Assembly: GCA_902611225.1 (NCBI GenBank)
Contig: CACLYZ010000003.1
Location: 13,115-77,114, forward strand
Direction of reading: 5' to 3'
DNA: 64,000 bases
Source of the DNA: an uncultured Prochlorococcus sp.
GTDB taxonomy: Bacteria > Cyanobacteriota > Cyanobacteriia > PCC-6307 > Cyanobiaceae
A program made the translations under genes and the position numbers. The notes below the pieces were generated by a model. It was not told the DNA's origin. It saw only the letters and a program-made list of their open reading frames with translations, and made no database searches. Below, in pieces: positions 1 through 10,857 of the stretch. The stretch's first letter is position 1. Every line of letters begins with the position of its first letter.

Positions 1-182
1 CTTACTATTCCTACAACCTGATTTTCGTCAATAACACCACGGCCTTTTATGGTCTCTAAAGTATTTATAAATGAGGGTGAAATCTCTTCATATCCCCATA
101 GTTTATAAATACTATTTAGATTATTTATGATATTTGAGTTATTTTTTACATCGACTAAATTAATTTCCTTTATATCTGTCAT
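1..182 (-). CDS. hisZ: ATP phosphoribosyltransferase regulatory subunit (5' part; runs off the window)
   Basis: Manual translation MTDIKEINLVDVKNNSNIINNLNSIYKLWGYEEISPSFINTLET; WGYEEI(S)P is typical of the HisZ/HisRS-like N-terminus. Confidence 0.8.
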   Translation of the reverse strand, partial: MTDIKEINLVDVKNNSNIINNLNSIYKLWGYEEISPSFINTLETIKGRGVIDENQVVGIV

Positions 183-200
183 TTTAATATTTAAATAATT

Positions 201-1049
201 TTAGGTATAGAGAATTTTTTTAAATGGAGAGACTTTATCTAGTTCATTTTTTAATTCATTCTCAAGGCTAGGAGAACAAGCTAAAATTCTTCCTGAACTT
301 AAATTAAATTCGCCTGATGGATAATCAGAAATAATACCACCAGCTTCTTTAACAATAATAGCACCGGCCGCTAGGTCCCATACCTCCAAACCCCTTTCCC
401 AATATCCATCTACCTTACCTGCCGCAACAAATGCAAGATCAACTGCTGCTGCACCTCCTCTTCTAACACCTCTAGTTTTATGTGTTAAATAACAAAATTC
501 AGCATAATTATTATCCTCTGTCTCAAATCTGTCATAAGAGAAACCTGTTACAAGTAGACTTTCAGATAGATTAGAGGGTTTCGATACTTTAAGTTCACTA
601 TCATTGCAGAATGAGCCTAAACCTATACAGGCTGAATATAGTTCATTTAAATAAGGTACTGATATAGCCCCTATAATTGGTTTATTTTTATATACAAGAC
701 CAATAGAAGTCCCAAAAAAAGGATATCCATGGGAATAATTTGTTGTACCGTCTAATGGGTCTATGCACCATGTTAAATCAGAGGATTTGGTTAATTTACC
801 CGATTCCTCTGCATTTATAGATATGTTTGGCGTCTCTTCTAATAAGTATTCTTTTATTTTTTTTTCAACTTCTAAATCTACATTGGTAACTAGATCACCC
901 TTCCTACCCTTTGATGATATTTTCTGAATTTTATTGTAATTAACTTTTAATATTTCATTACCAATTTGAGAGGAGTTCTTGGCTATTTCATACAAAATGG
1001 ATAAATTTACTTGTTTAGTAAGTTCCTCTATTTCACTTAATTCAAACAT
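201..1049 (-). CDS. suhB: Inositol monophosphatase family protein
   Basis: WCIDPLDGTTNY and WDLAAG motifs. Confidence 0.93.
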   Translation of the reverse strand: MFELSEIEELTKQVNLSILYEIAKNSSQIGNEILKVNYNKIQKISSKGRKGDLVTNVDLEVEKKIKEYLLEETPNISINAEESGKLTKSSDLTWCIDPLDGTTNYSHGYPFFGTSIGLVYKNKPIIGAISVPYLNELYSACIGLGSFCNDSELKVSKPSNLSESLLVTGFSYDRFETEDNNYAEFCYLTHKTRGVRRGGAAAVDLAFVAAGKVDGYWERGLEVWDLAAGAIIVKEAGGIISDYPSGEFNLSSGRILACSPSLENELKNELDKVSPFKKILYT

Positions 1050-1054
1050 GATAG

Positions 1055-1429
1055 TTAATCTTCCTCAAATTCCCAAGGTGGCGCAACTCTTGTATTTCCC
1101 CTACCAAAATATTGTCCAAATTGTAAATCGTAAACTTCATCTTCATATGTAGTTTCTACCTCAAGATCTGAAGTCGCTTTAGCGACACAAAGAAGTGCAT
1201 AGCCTTTGTCTTTTAAAGCCTGAGATACACCCATGGCTTCTGGTTGTTGTAAGGTACCAGATTTAATTTTAACTGCACAACTTGTACAGCAACCATTTCT
1301 ACATGAAAATGCAAGTTTGAAACCATTCTTTTCAAATTCCTTAAGTATGTAAGCATCACTATTAACCTGCTCTTGGTAGACCTTTCCGGTTTCCTTATTT
1401 TTAATCGTGACTTTGAAAGTCTTTTTCAA
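1055..1429 (-). CDS. 2Fe-2S ferredoxin-like protein
   Basis: FSCRNGCCTSC...LLC plant-type ferredoxin motif. Confidence 0.9.
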   Translation of the reverse strand: MKKTFKVTIKNKETGKVYQEQVNSDAYILKEFEKNGFKLAFSCRNGCCTSCAVKIKSGTLQQPEAMGVSQALKDKGYALLCVAKATSDLEVETTYEDEVYDLQFGQYFGRGNTRVAPPWEFEED

Positions 1430-1478
1430 ATAACTTTCCTCTAAAATGGGATGATCAAGGGTTAAAATAGTTATCTTG

Positions 1479-1565
1479 GGAGAGGTGGCCGAGTGGTTGA
1501 AGGCGCAGCACTGGAAATGCTGTATAGGGGCAACTTTATCGAGGGTTCGAATCCCTCTCTCTCCG
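1479..1565 (+). tRNA. tRNA-Ser(GGA)
   Basis: GGAGAGG acceptor stem, anticodon arm CAGCA-CTGGAAA-TGCTG, long variable arm, GGTTCGAATCC T-arm; CCA not encoded. Confidence 0.97.
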
Positions 1566-1777
1566 TTTTATATTAGTTTATTTTGGTTAACTACATCAAC
1601 ATCTTTGTTTTTAATGAATCTTTTAAAATTGATAGGAATCTTTTTAACAGTTATAAATAATCTTATTTATTTAAATTAAGTTGAAAATATTTGATTTTTA
1701 TTATTATATGTAAATATCTAAGATAAAAATTAATTAAATTAATAGTAAATTTTGCTTTAATTTAGCGATCTAAAATC

Positions 1778-3775
1778 ATGGGGCAAATAGTTGGAATTGA
1801 TTTAGGTACTACTAACTCTGTTGTAGGAGTTATAGAAGCTGGACGTCCAATTGTTATTGCAAATTCTGAGGGTTCTAGAACTACACCTTCAATAGTTGGA
1901 TTTACAAAAGACAAGGAAATAGTAATAGGTGACCAAGCGAGAAGACAACTTGTTCTAAATCCTAAGAATACCTTTTATAACCTAAAAAGATTTATTGGTT
2001 GTGACTGGGATGAATTAGATGAGAATAGTATTTCAGTTCCTTATAACGTAAAAGCTAATATCAATGGAAGCGTTAGGGTTCTTAGTCCAAATACAGAAAG
2101 AGAGTATGCCCCAGAAGAATTAGTGAGCTCGTTGATTAGAAAATTAATTAATGATGCTGAAACATATCTTGGAGATACTGTTGACTCTGCAGTTATTACT
2201 GTCCCTGCTTACTTTAATGAATCACAAAGACAGGCTACAAAGGATTCTGCAATTTTGGCTGGCATCAAAGTTGATAGAATTCTTAATGAGCCTACTGCAG
2301 CTGCTCTAGCTTATGGCTTTGAAAAAAGTTCTTCTAATAATGTTTTGGTTTTTGATTTAGGTGGAGGAACATTTGATGTTTCATTATTAAAAATTTCTAA
2401 TGGTGTATTTGATGTTAAAGCAACATGTGGTGATACCCAATTAGGAGGAAACAATTTTGACTCAAAAATAGTAGATTGGCTCGCTGAAAAATTTCTTACT
2501 AAACATCAAATTGATCTAAGAAGGGATAGACAAGCTTTACAGAGACTAACTGAAGCTGCCGAAAAAGCTAAATGTGAATTATCAGGATTGCAAAAAACAA
2601 AAATATCCTTACCTTTTATCACCACAAGTAAAGAGGGGCCATTACATATTGAAGAAACATTAGATAGAAAAATATTTGAATCATTATCAGAGGATTTGCT
2701 TGATAGATTACTAGAGCCTGTCCAAATTGCTTTAGATGATTCTGGATGGAACGCAGAAGATATTGATGAGGTAGTTCTTGTAGGAGGCAGCACTAGAATT
2801 CCGATGGTTCAACAATTAGTTAAGACTCTTGTTCCTAATGAACCATGTCAATCTGTAAATCCTGATGAAGTCGTAGCTGTTGGAGCCGCGATACAATCTG
2901 GAATTATTAGTGGTGATTTACAAGATTTACTCTTAAATGATGTTACTCCTTTATCTTTAGGTTTAGAAACTATTGGTGGTCTTATGAAGGTACTCATTCC
3001 TCGTAATACGCCAATACCAGTTAGACAATCAGATGTTTTTAGTACTTCCGAAGCTAATCAATCATCAGTTGTTGTTCAAGTACGACAGGGAGAAAGACCT
3101 TTAGCATCTGAAAATAAATCACTTGGCAAATTTAGACTATCAGGAATACCTCCAGCTCCTAGAGGGATACCTCAAGTCCAGGTAGCATTTGATATTGATG
3201 CTAATGGCCTTTTAGAAGTAAGTGCAACTGATAGAACAACCGGAAGAAAACAAACAGTTACAATCTCTGGAGGTTCTAATTTAAATGAACAAGAAATAAA
3301 TTCGATAATTGAAGAAGCTAAAGCAAAAGCTAATGAAGATAGGAAGAGAAGATCTGTAATTGATAGAAAAAATAATGCTTTAACTCTCATTGCGCAAGCT
3401 GAGAGAAGACTTAGGGATGCTTCATTAGAATTTGGTCCTTATGGCGCAGAAAGGCAACAACGAGCTGTTGAATTAGCCATTCAAGATGTTGAAGAGTATA
3501 TAGATGACGATGATCCTCAAGAATTAGAAATTTCAGTAAGTGCTCTACAAGAGGCATTATTCGGTTTAAACAGAAGATTTGCGGCTGAAAAGAAAACTGA
3601 TAATAACCCCTTACAGGGCATTAAAAATACATTTGGATCATTAAAGGATGAACTCTTTTCAGATGATTATTGGGATGATGATCCTTGGGATAATCAAATG
3701 AATAGAAATTATAGAAATTCGAGGTATGGTAATTCTAGGGACGATGATCCATGGGACAATGACTACTTCCTCTAA
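1778..3775 (+). CDS. dnaK: Hsp70 chaperone DnaK (cyanobacterial DnaK3-type, Trp/Asp-rich tail)
   Basis: [17 protein letters not shown] and [10 protein letters not shown] motifs; WDDD-type C-terminus; overlaps a dnaJ gene. Confidence 0.97.
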   Translation: MGQIVGIDLGTTNSVVGVIEAGRPIVIANSEGSRTTPSIVGFTKDKEIVIGDQARRQLVLNPKNTFYNLKRFIGCDWDELDENSISVPYNVKANINGSVRVLSPNTEREYAPEELVSSLIRKLINDAETYLGDTVDSAVITVPAYFNESQRQATKDSAILAGIKVDRILNEPTAAALAYGFEKSSSNNVLVFDLGGGTFDVSLLKISNGVFDVKATCGDTQLGGNNFDSKIVDWLAEKFLTKHQIDLRRDRQALQRLTEAAEKAKCELSGLQKTKISLPFITTSKEGPLHIEETLDRKIFESLSEDLLDRLLEPVQIALDDSGWNAEDIDEVVLVGGSTRIPMVQQLVKTLVPNEPCQSVNPDEVVAVGAAIQSGIISGDLQDLLLNDVTPLSLGLETIGGLMKVLIPRNTPIPVRQSDVFSTSEANQSSVVVQVRQGERPLASENKSLGKFRLSGIPPAPRGIPQVQVAFDIDANGLLEVSATDRTTGRKQTVTISGGSNLNEQEINSIIEEAKAKANEDRKRRSVIDRKNNALTLIAQAERRLRDASLEFGPYGAERQQRAVELAIQDVEEYIDDDDPQELEISVSALQEALFGLNRRFAAEKKTDNNPLQGIKNTFGSLKDELFSDDYWDDDPWDNQMNRNYRNSRYGNSRDDDPWDNDYFL

Positions 3776-4685
3776 AAAAGACTATTTGTCGATTTTGGGT
3801 TTATCACCTGATTTCGATGATAAAGAACTTAAAAAGGCCTTTCGAAGAGAAGCAAGAAAATGGCATCCAGATTTAAATAAAAATGATCTTAATGCAGAAG
3901 AAAGATTTAAATTAATTAATGAAGCATACGAATATTTAAGCGATCCTAATATAAGAAAAAATAGTTCGGATGAAAATAAAAAAGATGATTATGAAAATAG
4001 TAATTTCAACACAGGGTTTCCTGATTTTCAAGATTATCTTGATTCATTATTTGGATATGAATACTCACCAAAGAATTACGAGGTGTATGATGATGAACCA
4101 TATGAGGATGCATCGATAAATACAAATAGTGAAGAATTTAACAATTATAAATACCCCACAACCTCTCCAGAAGAGCCCCCTCCAGTTAAACTCCACCAAG
4201 ACATTGAAACAGTTATTGAATTAACTCCTGATGAGGCCTTAAATGGAGCTTCAATTTTAATTGAGCTTGAAGATGAAACTGTAGTAGAAGTTGATACACC
4301 TCCTTTCGCTGGAGATGGTTGGAGATTAAGACTTGAAAATATTGCAAGAGGAGGTAAAGATCATTATCTACAGTTAAAAGTTCAAACCGAAAGTGGTCTA
4401 AGAATTGATGGTTTAAGAGTTCTTTATAAACTAGAGTTATTTCCTCATGATGCACTTCTTGGTTGTGCTGTAGAGGTTCCTACCCTTGATGGAAATGTCA
4501 CACTTCAAGTGCCACCAAAATCATCTACGGGAAGAATGTTACGTTTGAAAGGTAGGGGTTTAACTTTCGAAGATAATGTAGGTGATCAATATGTTGAAAT
4601 CTTGGTAGTGATACCTGCTGATATTAATGATGAAGAAATCGCTTTATATACAAGATTACAAGAATTATCACTTTCTGATTCTTAA
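3759..4685 (+). CDS. dnaJ: DnaJ-class co-chaperone (J-domain plus C-terminal domain, no Zn finger)
   Basis: KDYLSILG...WHPDLN J-domain; DnaJ_C-like end (LRLKGRG); start moved to ATG 3759, which overlaps the dnaK stop. Confidence 0.9.
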   Translation: MTTSSKKDYLSILGLSPDFDDKELKKAFRREARKWHPDLNKNDLNAEERFKLINEAYEYLSDPNIRKNSSDENKKDDYENSNFNTGFPDFQDYLDSLFGYEYSPKNYEVYDDEPYEDASINTNSEEFNNYKYPTTSPEEPPPVKLHQDIETVIELTPDEALNGASILIELEDETVVEVDTPPFAGDGWRLRLENIARGGKDHYLQLKVQTESGLRIDGLRVLYKLELFPHDALLGCAVEVPTLDGNVTLQVPPKSSTGRMLRLKGRGLTFEDNVGDQYVEILVVIPADINDEEIALYTRLQELSLSDS

Positions 4686-4709
4686 TCAAATATTATATAA
4701 TTAGAAAAA

Positions 4710-5102
4710 TTGATGCTTATGAACATATTTGTTCTTTTATATAATTCGGGAACAGATAAGGAAGGAATACATTCAATCGAACTTAAAGGTAGGACCATTG
4801 TTCTTATGTTTGAAGATAAGGATGACGCAACAAGATATTGTGGTCTATTAGAAGCTCAGGATTTTCCTTTGCCAACAGTTGAAATGATCAACATTGAGGA
4901 AATAAAGGATTTCTGCATTAAATTAGATTATGAATACAAATTTGTAGAAAAAAATTTTGTACCTAAAACCGCAGAAGATAGGTTGTTAATTTCACCACCT
5001 CAGAAAAATCTAGAAGTTGAAAATTGGGAGGAAGAGAATAATAGTAATAAAGATAACATTGATATAAATACCATTAAGGAAAACCTTGAAAAGTTGCTTT
5101 AG
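4710..5102 (+). CDS. Conserved cyanobacterial protein (DUF3110-like)
   Basis: EGIHSI...VLMFEDKDDATRYCGLLEAQDFP motif. Confidence 0.8.
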   Translation: MMLMNIFVLLYNSGTDKEGIHSIELKGRTIVLMFEDKDDATRYCGLLEAQDFPLPTVEMINIEEIKDFCIKLDYEYKFVEKNFVPKTAEDRLLISPPQKNLEVENWEEENNSNKDNIDINTIKENLEKLL

Positions 5103-5140
5103 CTATTAAAGTATTAGAATAATTATTTAACAAAGAAACT

Positions 5141-5578
5141 ATGTCAACTGCTTTATTTGAAACAGAAGTTGGGAATATTAATATTGAATTTTTCTCTGAC
5201 GACGCACCTAATACAGTAAAAAACTTTACGAATTTGATTAGTGATGGTTTTTATGATGGTCTCGCATTTCACAGAGTTATTCCTGGATTTATGGCACAGG
5301 GTGGATGTCCTAATACTCGTGATGGAGCATCTGGTATGCCTGGAACTGGAGGGCCAGGATATAAAATTAAATGCGAAATTAATTCCAATAAACATCTAAA
5401 AGGCTCACTTTCTATGGCTCATGCAGGAAAAGATACAGGCGGTAGTCAATTTTTCATAGTTTATGAACCACAGCCTCATCTTGATGGAGTTCATACTGTT
5501 TTTGGTAAGACTGATGATATGGATGTAGTTCTAAAGCTTACTAATGGTTCAAAAATTCTAAAAGCAACTTTAAAATAG
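5141..5578 (+). CDS. Cyclophilin-type peptidyl-prolyl cis-trans isomerase
   Basis: [39 protein letters not shown]. Confidence 0.95.
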   Translation: MSTALFETEVGNINIEFFSDDAPNTVKNFTNLISDGFYDGLAFHRVIPGFMAQGGCPNTRDGASGMPGTGGPGYKIKCEINSNKHLKGSLSMAHAGKDTGGSQFFIVYEPQPHLDGVHTVFGKTDDMDVVLKLTNGSKILKATLK

Positions 5579-5582
5579 TAAT

Positions 5583-7307
5583 TTAACTTTCAAAAACAAT
5601 ACTAAATGTCTCTTTATCTAGATTAAATTTTCTTGTAGATGAATATAAGATTTCATTATTAATAGTAAATTTAGTATTGATTAATTTGATACTACTTTTT
5701 GGGTGTAATGCTTGTTCAATGTTTCTAGAAACAATAATTCCAATCTTTGTACTATTTTCATAATTAGATAAAAACTGAATAAATAATTCTATATTCTTTA
5801 TTTCTTCATCAGTAATGTTTGAATTAGTTCTATTCTGATCATGCAAAATTCGCCAAACTAATTTTGGTCGATTCCAAAAAGCTAATAATCTTGGGGTACT
5901 TTCTAGTTTAATATTAATGTTCTGATCGCTACAGAATTCAATAACCTTATTTTTTATTGGAACAAGATCAATAGATTTATATTTTCCATCAAGAAAAATT
6001 GATATAAATGGATCGATATTCCTGGAATTAGAATTATCTTCATCAATCATGTGGCCTAACTTCATTTTTTTTACGCTCAAATATTCTGCATTATTATCGT
6101 TTGGACAAATTACTAATGGAACTCTCTCAATAACTTCTATTCCATAACCACCTAATCCAGCAATCTTTCTAGGATTGTTTGTAAGTAATTTTAGTTTTTT
6201 TATCCCTAGATCGGTTAATATTTGTGCTCCAACTCCATAATTTCTTAGATCAGCTGGAAAACCTAATTTTTCATTGGCTTCTACAGTGTCCAATCCACCA
6301 TCTTGTAAACTATAAGCTTTTAATTTATTTATGAGACCAATACCTCTGCCTTCTTGTCTCAAGTAAACAACAACTCCCTCTTCCTCCTTTTCTATCCTTG
6401 ATAAAGCAGCTTCTAACTGGGGTCTACAATCACAACGTAATGATCCAAAAGCATCACCAGTTAAACACTCTGAATGCATTCTTACTAGTACAGGTTCGCT
6501 TAATTTTGATGATTTTTGTTTAACTAACGCAACGTGCTCTGAACCATCAAGTTCATTAACATATCCATAAGCTTTAAAATTACCAAAAATACTTGGAAGT
6601 ACAGCATCGGATTTTCTAAATACAAATCTCTCAGTTTGAAAACGATAACTTATTAAGTCAGCTATGGATATTAATTTCATTCCCCACTGTTTTGCATACT
6701 CTTTAAGTTGTGGAAGTCTTGACATGGAACCGTCAGGATTTTGTATTTCACAAATGACTCCGGCAGGATAAAGACCTGACATTGCTGCAATATCTACTGC
6801 CGCTTCTGTATGACCTGCTCTTTTTAATACTCCACCTTTTTTAGCTCTTAATGGGAAAATATGTCCTGGTCTCCTTAAATCATCAGGTTTTGTATTTGGG
6901 TTTATGGCAACTTGAATTGTTTTTGCCCTGTCTTCAGCTGAAATTCCAGTTGTCACATTATTTTCAGGTCCTGCATCAATAGATATCGTAAAAGCTGTTT
7001 GATTTTCATCTGTATTTCTATCTACCATTAATGGTAAATCTAAAGAATCAAGTTTTTCACCTTGCATAGCTAGGCATATAAGACCACGTCCCTCAGTAGC
7101 CATAAAATTAATTTGTTGTGGAGTTGCAAACTGAGCCGCACATATTAAATCTCCTTCATTTTCTCTTCTTTCATCATCTACAACAATTATGCATTCACCA
7201 TTTCTTATAGCTGCCAAAGCATCACTTATAGGATCAAATTCAATTTTAAAAGATTCATTTATATCCAAAATTGTTCTATTATTTGATTTGGGACTTGTTT
7301 CTTTCAT
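5583..7307 (-). CDS. ribBA: Bifunctional DHBP synthase / GTP cyclohydrolase II
   Basis: [44 protein letters not shown]; ATG at 7307 preferred over TTG at 7319. Confidence 0.96.
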   Translation of the reverse strand: MKETSPKSNNRTILDINESFKIEFDPISDALAAIRNGECIIVVDDERRENEGDLICAAQFATPQQINFMATEGRGLICLAMQGEKLDSLDLPLMVDRNTDENQTAFTISIDAGPENNVTTGISAEDRAKTIQVAINPNTKPDDLRRPGHIFPLRAKKGGVLKRAGHTEAAVDIAAMSGLYPAGVICEIQNPDGSMSRLPQLKEYAKQWGMKLISIADLISYRFQTERFVFRKSDAVLPSIFGNFKAYGYVNELDGSEHVALVKQKSSKLSEPVLVRMHSECLTGDAFGSLRCDCRPQLEAALSRIEKEEEGVVVYLRQEGRGIGLINKLKAYSLQDGGLDTVEANEKLGFPADLRNYGVGAQILTDLGIKKLKLLTNNPRKIAGLGGYGIEVIERVPLVICPNDNNAEYLSVKKMKLGHMIDEDNSNSRNIDPFISIFLDGKYKSIDLVPIKNKVIEFCSDQNINIKLESTPRLLAFWNRPKLVWRILHDQNRTNSNITDEEIKNIELFIQFLSNYENSTKIGIIVSRNIEQALHPKSSIKLINTKFTINNEILYSSTRKFNLDKETFSIVFES

Positions 7308-7394
7308 TATTCCTATCAATATAGAAAAAAGTGTTTTAGTTACCTTAAATTCAACACTTTATAATCCTATCTCAAAGTCTGCCAATTCAAAGAA

Positions 7395-8450
7395 ATGAAT
7401 GTTGCAATAGTAGGTGCTACAGGTTACGGCGGTATTCAAGCGGTAAATCTATTAAAGAAAAATAAAAACTACAAAATTTCATTTTTAGGAGGTAATAAAA
7501 CATCTGGATCAAAGTGGAATGATAATTTCCCTTTTATTTATCTAGATAATGATCCATATATTCAAGAAATTTCAGTAGATAATATTTCAAAAAATGCAGA
7601 TGTTGCCTTACTTTGCCTACCCAATGGCCTATCTTCTACCTTGACAAGGAAATTATTAGATCAAGGAGTTAAAGTTATTGACTTATCAGCTGATTACAGA
7701 TATAAGTCTTTAGATGAATGGGAAAAAGTATATACCAAAGAAGCTGCTATTTATAAAAGAAATGATGATGATTTATGTGAAGAAGCAGTCTACGGTCTTC
7801 CTGAAATAAATAAAGAATCTATTTCAAAAGGAAGATTAATTGCATGTCCAGGATGTTATCCAACATCTGCTCTTATTCCATTAGTACCTTATCTTTCTCA
7901 AGGAATTATTGAAAATGAAGGTATAGTGATTGATTCTAAAAGCGGAACCTCTGGAGGAGGTCGAGAACCAAACCAAAAGTTACTCTTTTCAGAATGTGGA
8001 GAAGGTCTATCAGCATATGGATTGATAAACCATAGACATACCTCAGAGATCGAGCAAGTAGCATCTTTAATTTCTGGAAATAAAATTGAACTGCTCTTTA
8101 CTCCTCATTTAGTTCCAATTTCAAGGGGTATGCATTCGACAATATATGGGAGATTAAGAGACCCAGGACTCACTTCTGATGATTGCAGAATTCTTTTGGA
8201 TAATTATTATAGAAATTACAAAAATATTAAAGTCTTACCTGTAGATACATTCCCATCAACAAAATGGGTTAAAAATACAAACCAAATTTTCCTATCTGTT
8301 AAAGTTGATATTCGAAATGGAAGAATAGTTATATTATCTGTAATTGATAATTTGTTAAAAGGACAGACTGGGCAAGCAATTCAAAATTTAAATATTATGA
8401 ACGGATTTTCAATGGATGAAGGTCTTGATTTAATTAATAATTTTCCATAA
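7395..8450 (+). CDS. argC: N-acetyl-gamma-glutamyl-phosphate reductase
   Basis: GATGYGG, ACPGCYPT, HRHTSEI, DNLLKGQTGQA. Confidence 0.96.
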   Translation: MNVAIVGATGYGGIQAVNLLKKNKNYKISFLGGNKTSGSKWNDNFPFIYLDNDPYIQEISVDNISKNADVALLCLPNGLSSTLTRKLLDQGVKVIDLSADYRYKSLDEWEKVYTKEAAIYKRNDDDLCEEAVYGLPEINKESISKGRLIACPGCYPTSALIPLVPYLSQGIIENEGIVIDSKSGTSGGGREPNQKLLFSECGEGLSAYGLINHRHTSEIEQVASLISGNKIELLFTPHLVPISRGMHSTIYGRLRDPGLTSDDCRILLDNYYRNYKNIKVLPVDTFPSTKWVKNTNQIFLSVKVDIRNGRIVILSVIDNLLKGQTGQAIQNLNIMNGFSMDEGLDLINNFP

Positions 8451-9090
8451 AATTACTTCTTATCAAAAAGCCAGCATGAGAGATTGAGAGAGGTAAAATT
8501 TTATGCTCAAGCATATGTATTCTTTTTGAAAGTGATTCAATATCATCATCATCTCTAATTGACAATGCAGCCTGCATTATCAATGATCCACTATCTACCT
8601 CCTCTTCAACAAAATGTACTGAACAACCAGTTATTTTGGAACCATTTAATATGGCGTCCTTTATCGCAGAGCCACCTTTATATGCAGGAAGTAATGAAGG
8701 GTGAATATTTATAATCTTGTTCTTGAATTTATTAATAAAAAATGGAGTAACAATCTTCATCCAGCCTGCCATAACAACAAGTTCAACATCGTGATTAATT
8801 AAATTATTTACAATTTCTAATTCAAATAGCTCTTTATGCGGAAAGTCATTGTCCCTTATAATTTTGTGAGGTATTTTTACACTTTCAGCTCTTTTTATAC
8901 AACCTGCATCATCTTTGTTAGTAATGAGAACTTTTATATCTACATCTAATACGCCTTTTTCTGATAGATTAATTAACTCCTGAAAGTTAGTTCCTCTTCC
9001 AGAAGCAAGTACACCTATTTTTAACTTTGGTGAAAATTTTCTAAATTCAGATATCTCAGGCGAAATTATGTAATTAAATGAACTATCCAA
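8434..9090 (-). CDS. purN: Phosphoribosylglycinamide formyltransferase
   Basis: ASGRGTNFQ, NIHPSLLP, GCSVHFV. Confidence 0.95.
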   Translation of the reverse strand: MDSSFNYIISPEISEFRKFSPKLKIGVLASGRGTNFQELINLSEKGVLDVDIKVLITNKDDAGCIKRAESVKIPHKIIRDNDFPHKELFELEIVNNLINHDVELVVMAGWMKIVTPFFINKFKNKIINIHPSLLPAYKGGSAIKDAILNGSKITGCSVHFVEEEVDSGSLIMQAALSIRDDDDIESLSKRIHMLEHKILPLSISHAGFLIRSNFMENY

Positions 9091-9273
9091 AGTTTTTTTA
9101 TTTTATCCAATGATAAATTCATATGAAATAAAATAAACCCTCTCCTTTAATTATTTATATTCAAAAACATATTTATTTGAAAATATAAATTTAAACAATT
9201 TTAAATGAATCAAATCTATGTACTATTTGTATAGATATAATTAGTAAATAACTAAAGGAAACAAATATATAAT

Positions 9274-10857
9274 ATGAATGGAGATTTAAACTCATGGGAT
9301 AAATTTTGTAATTATCTTTGGTTTGATAAAAAATTAAATATTTGGTTAGACATAAGCAAAATTAAATTCACAAATGAAGAAATAAAAAATTTAGAAGAGA
9401 AATTTGTAGATGTATTTTCATCAATAAAAGAATTAGAAAATGGTGCAATCTCAAATATTGATGAAAATAGACAAGTTGGACATTATTGGCTTAGAAATGC
9501 ATCAATTTCACCATCTTCAAAAATAGGTGAGGAAATTAGCGCAGATATTGATTCAATCTCTGAATTTGGGAAACAAATTTTAAATGGAGATATTAAGAAT
9601 AAGAATCAACAGAACTATACTGATGTTCTATGGATAGGAATTGGTGGAAGTGGTTTAGGACCATTACTTATTACAGAGTCACTGCAGAAGTGCTCTAGAG
9701 GCTTAAATTTTTCTTATATCGATAATGTTGATCCTTTTTTAATTAGCGAAAAGTTAGAAGAGTTATCTGAAAAATTATCCACAACATTATTTGTAGTAGT
9801 AAGCAAATCAGGTGGTACGCCTGAACCTAGAATTGCTATGGAAATTATTAAAAGTCATTGTGAAAATAATTCTCTTGAATGGAATTCTAATGCTATAGCT
9901 ATAACGATGAAAGATAGTAAATTATTTAAAAAGGCCACTTCTGAAAATTGGTTAAAAATATTTAATTTGCAAGATTGGGTTGGAGGAAGAACAAGTATTA
10001 CAAGCTCTGTGGGATTACTTCCATTAGCTCTTATTAATGAAAATATATTTGAATTCATTAGAGGTGCATCATTAATGGATGAGGCCACGCGTATAAGTGA
10101 GTTTAAAAATAATCCCGCAGCATTATTGTCATCTGCTTGGTATTTAACTGGGGATGGCGTTGGGAAGAGAGATATGGTCGTATTACCATATAGAGATAGG
10201 TTACAGGTATTTAGTAAATATCTTCAGCAATTAGTAATGGAATCATTAGGAAAGAAATTTAATAGGAATGGTGAAGTAGTTAATCAAGGTATTTCCGTTT
10301 TTGGTAATAAAGGATCTACAGATCAGCATGCTTATGTTCAGCAACTGAGAGATGGTATTGATAATTTCTTTTGTATTTTTATTGAATTATTAGATTCTCC
10401 ATCTACTAATATTTTTGATGAAAAAGAGAATCCTAAAGAATATCTTTCTGGTTTTTTGCAAGGAACCAGATTAGCACTCTCTAGTGAAGACAGACAAAGT
10501 ATCACTATTACTTTAGAAAAGTTAAATTGTTTTTCACTAGGGGCCTTAATCGCTTTATTTGAGAGAGCTGTATCCTTCTACGCTGAATTGGTAAATATAA
10601 ATGCATATGATCAACCTGGAGTTGAAGCTGGAAAGAAAGCAGCTGCAAATATTATTGAGTATCAACAAAAAGTAAGTAATTTATTAGATGAGGGTGGAGA
10701 ATATTCTATAAATGACATAACATCATTATTTGATAATTCAGTTAGTGAACCCATATTTTTTATACTCCGTGAAATGTGTTTCGGTAATGATAATTATTTA
10801 GTTAAGGGCGATTGGTCAAATCCAAATTCATTAGTTATTCAAAAAATAAATTCTTAA
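9274..10857 (+). CDS. pgi: Glucose-6-phosphate isomerase
   Basis: [39 protein letters not shown]. Confidence 0.96.
   Translation: MNGDLNSWDKFCNYLWFDKKLNIWLDISKIKFTNEEIKNLEEKFVDVFSSIKELENGAISNIDENRQVGHYWLRNASISPSSKIGEEISADIDSISEFGKQILNGDIKNKNQQNYTDVLWIGIGGSGLGPLLITESLQKCSRGLNFSYIDNVDPFLISEKLEELSEKLSTTLFVVVSKSGGTPEPRIAMEIIKSHCENNSLEWNSNAIAITMKDSKLFKKATSENWLKIFNLQDWVGGRTSITSSVGLLPLALINENIFEFIRGASLMDEATRISEFKNNPAALLSSAWYLTGDGVGKRDMVVLPYRDRLQVFSKYLQQLVMESLGKKFNRNGEVVNQGISVFGNKGSTDQHAYVQQLRDGIDNFFCIFIELLDSPSTNIFDEKENPKEYLSGFLQGTRLALSSEDRQSITITLEKLNCFSLGALIALFERAVSFYAELVNINAYDQPGVEAGKKAAANIIEYQQKVSNLLDEGGEYSINDITSLFDNSVSEPIFFILREMCFGNDNYLVKGDWSNPNSLVIQKINS

Noticed and set aside
1476-1679. 67-aa ORF
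   Set aside because: Overlaps tRNA-Ser; translation artefact
1566-1777. Possible island at tRNA-Ser
   Set aside because: Only about 210 bp of AT-rich spacer before dnaK; no tRNA repeat or cargo
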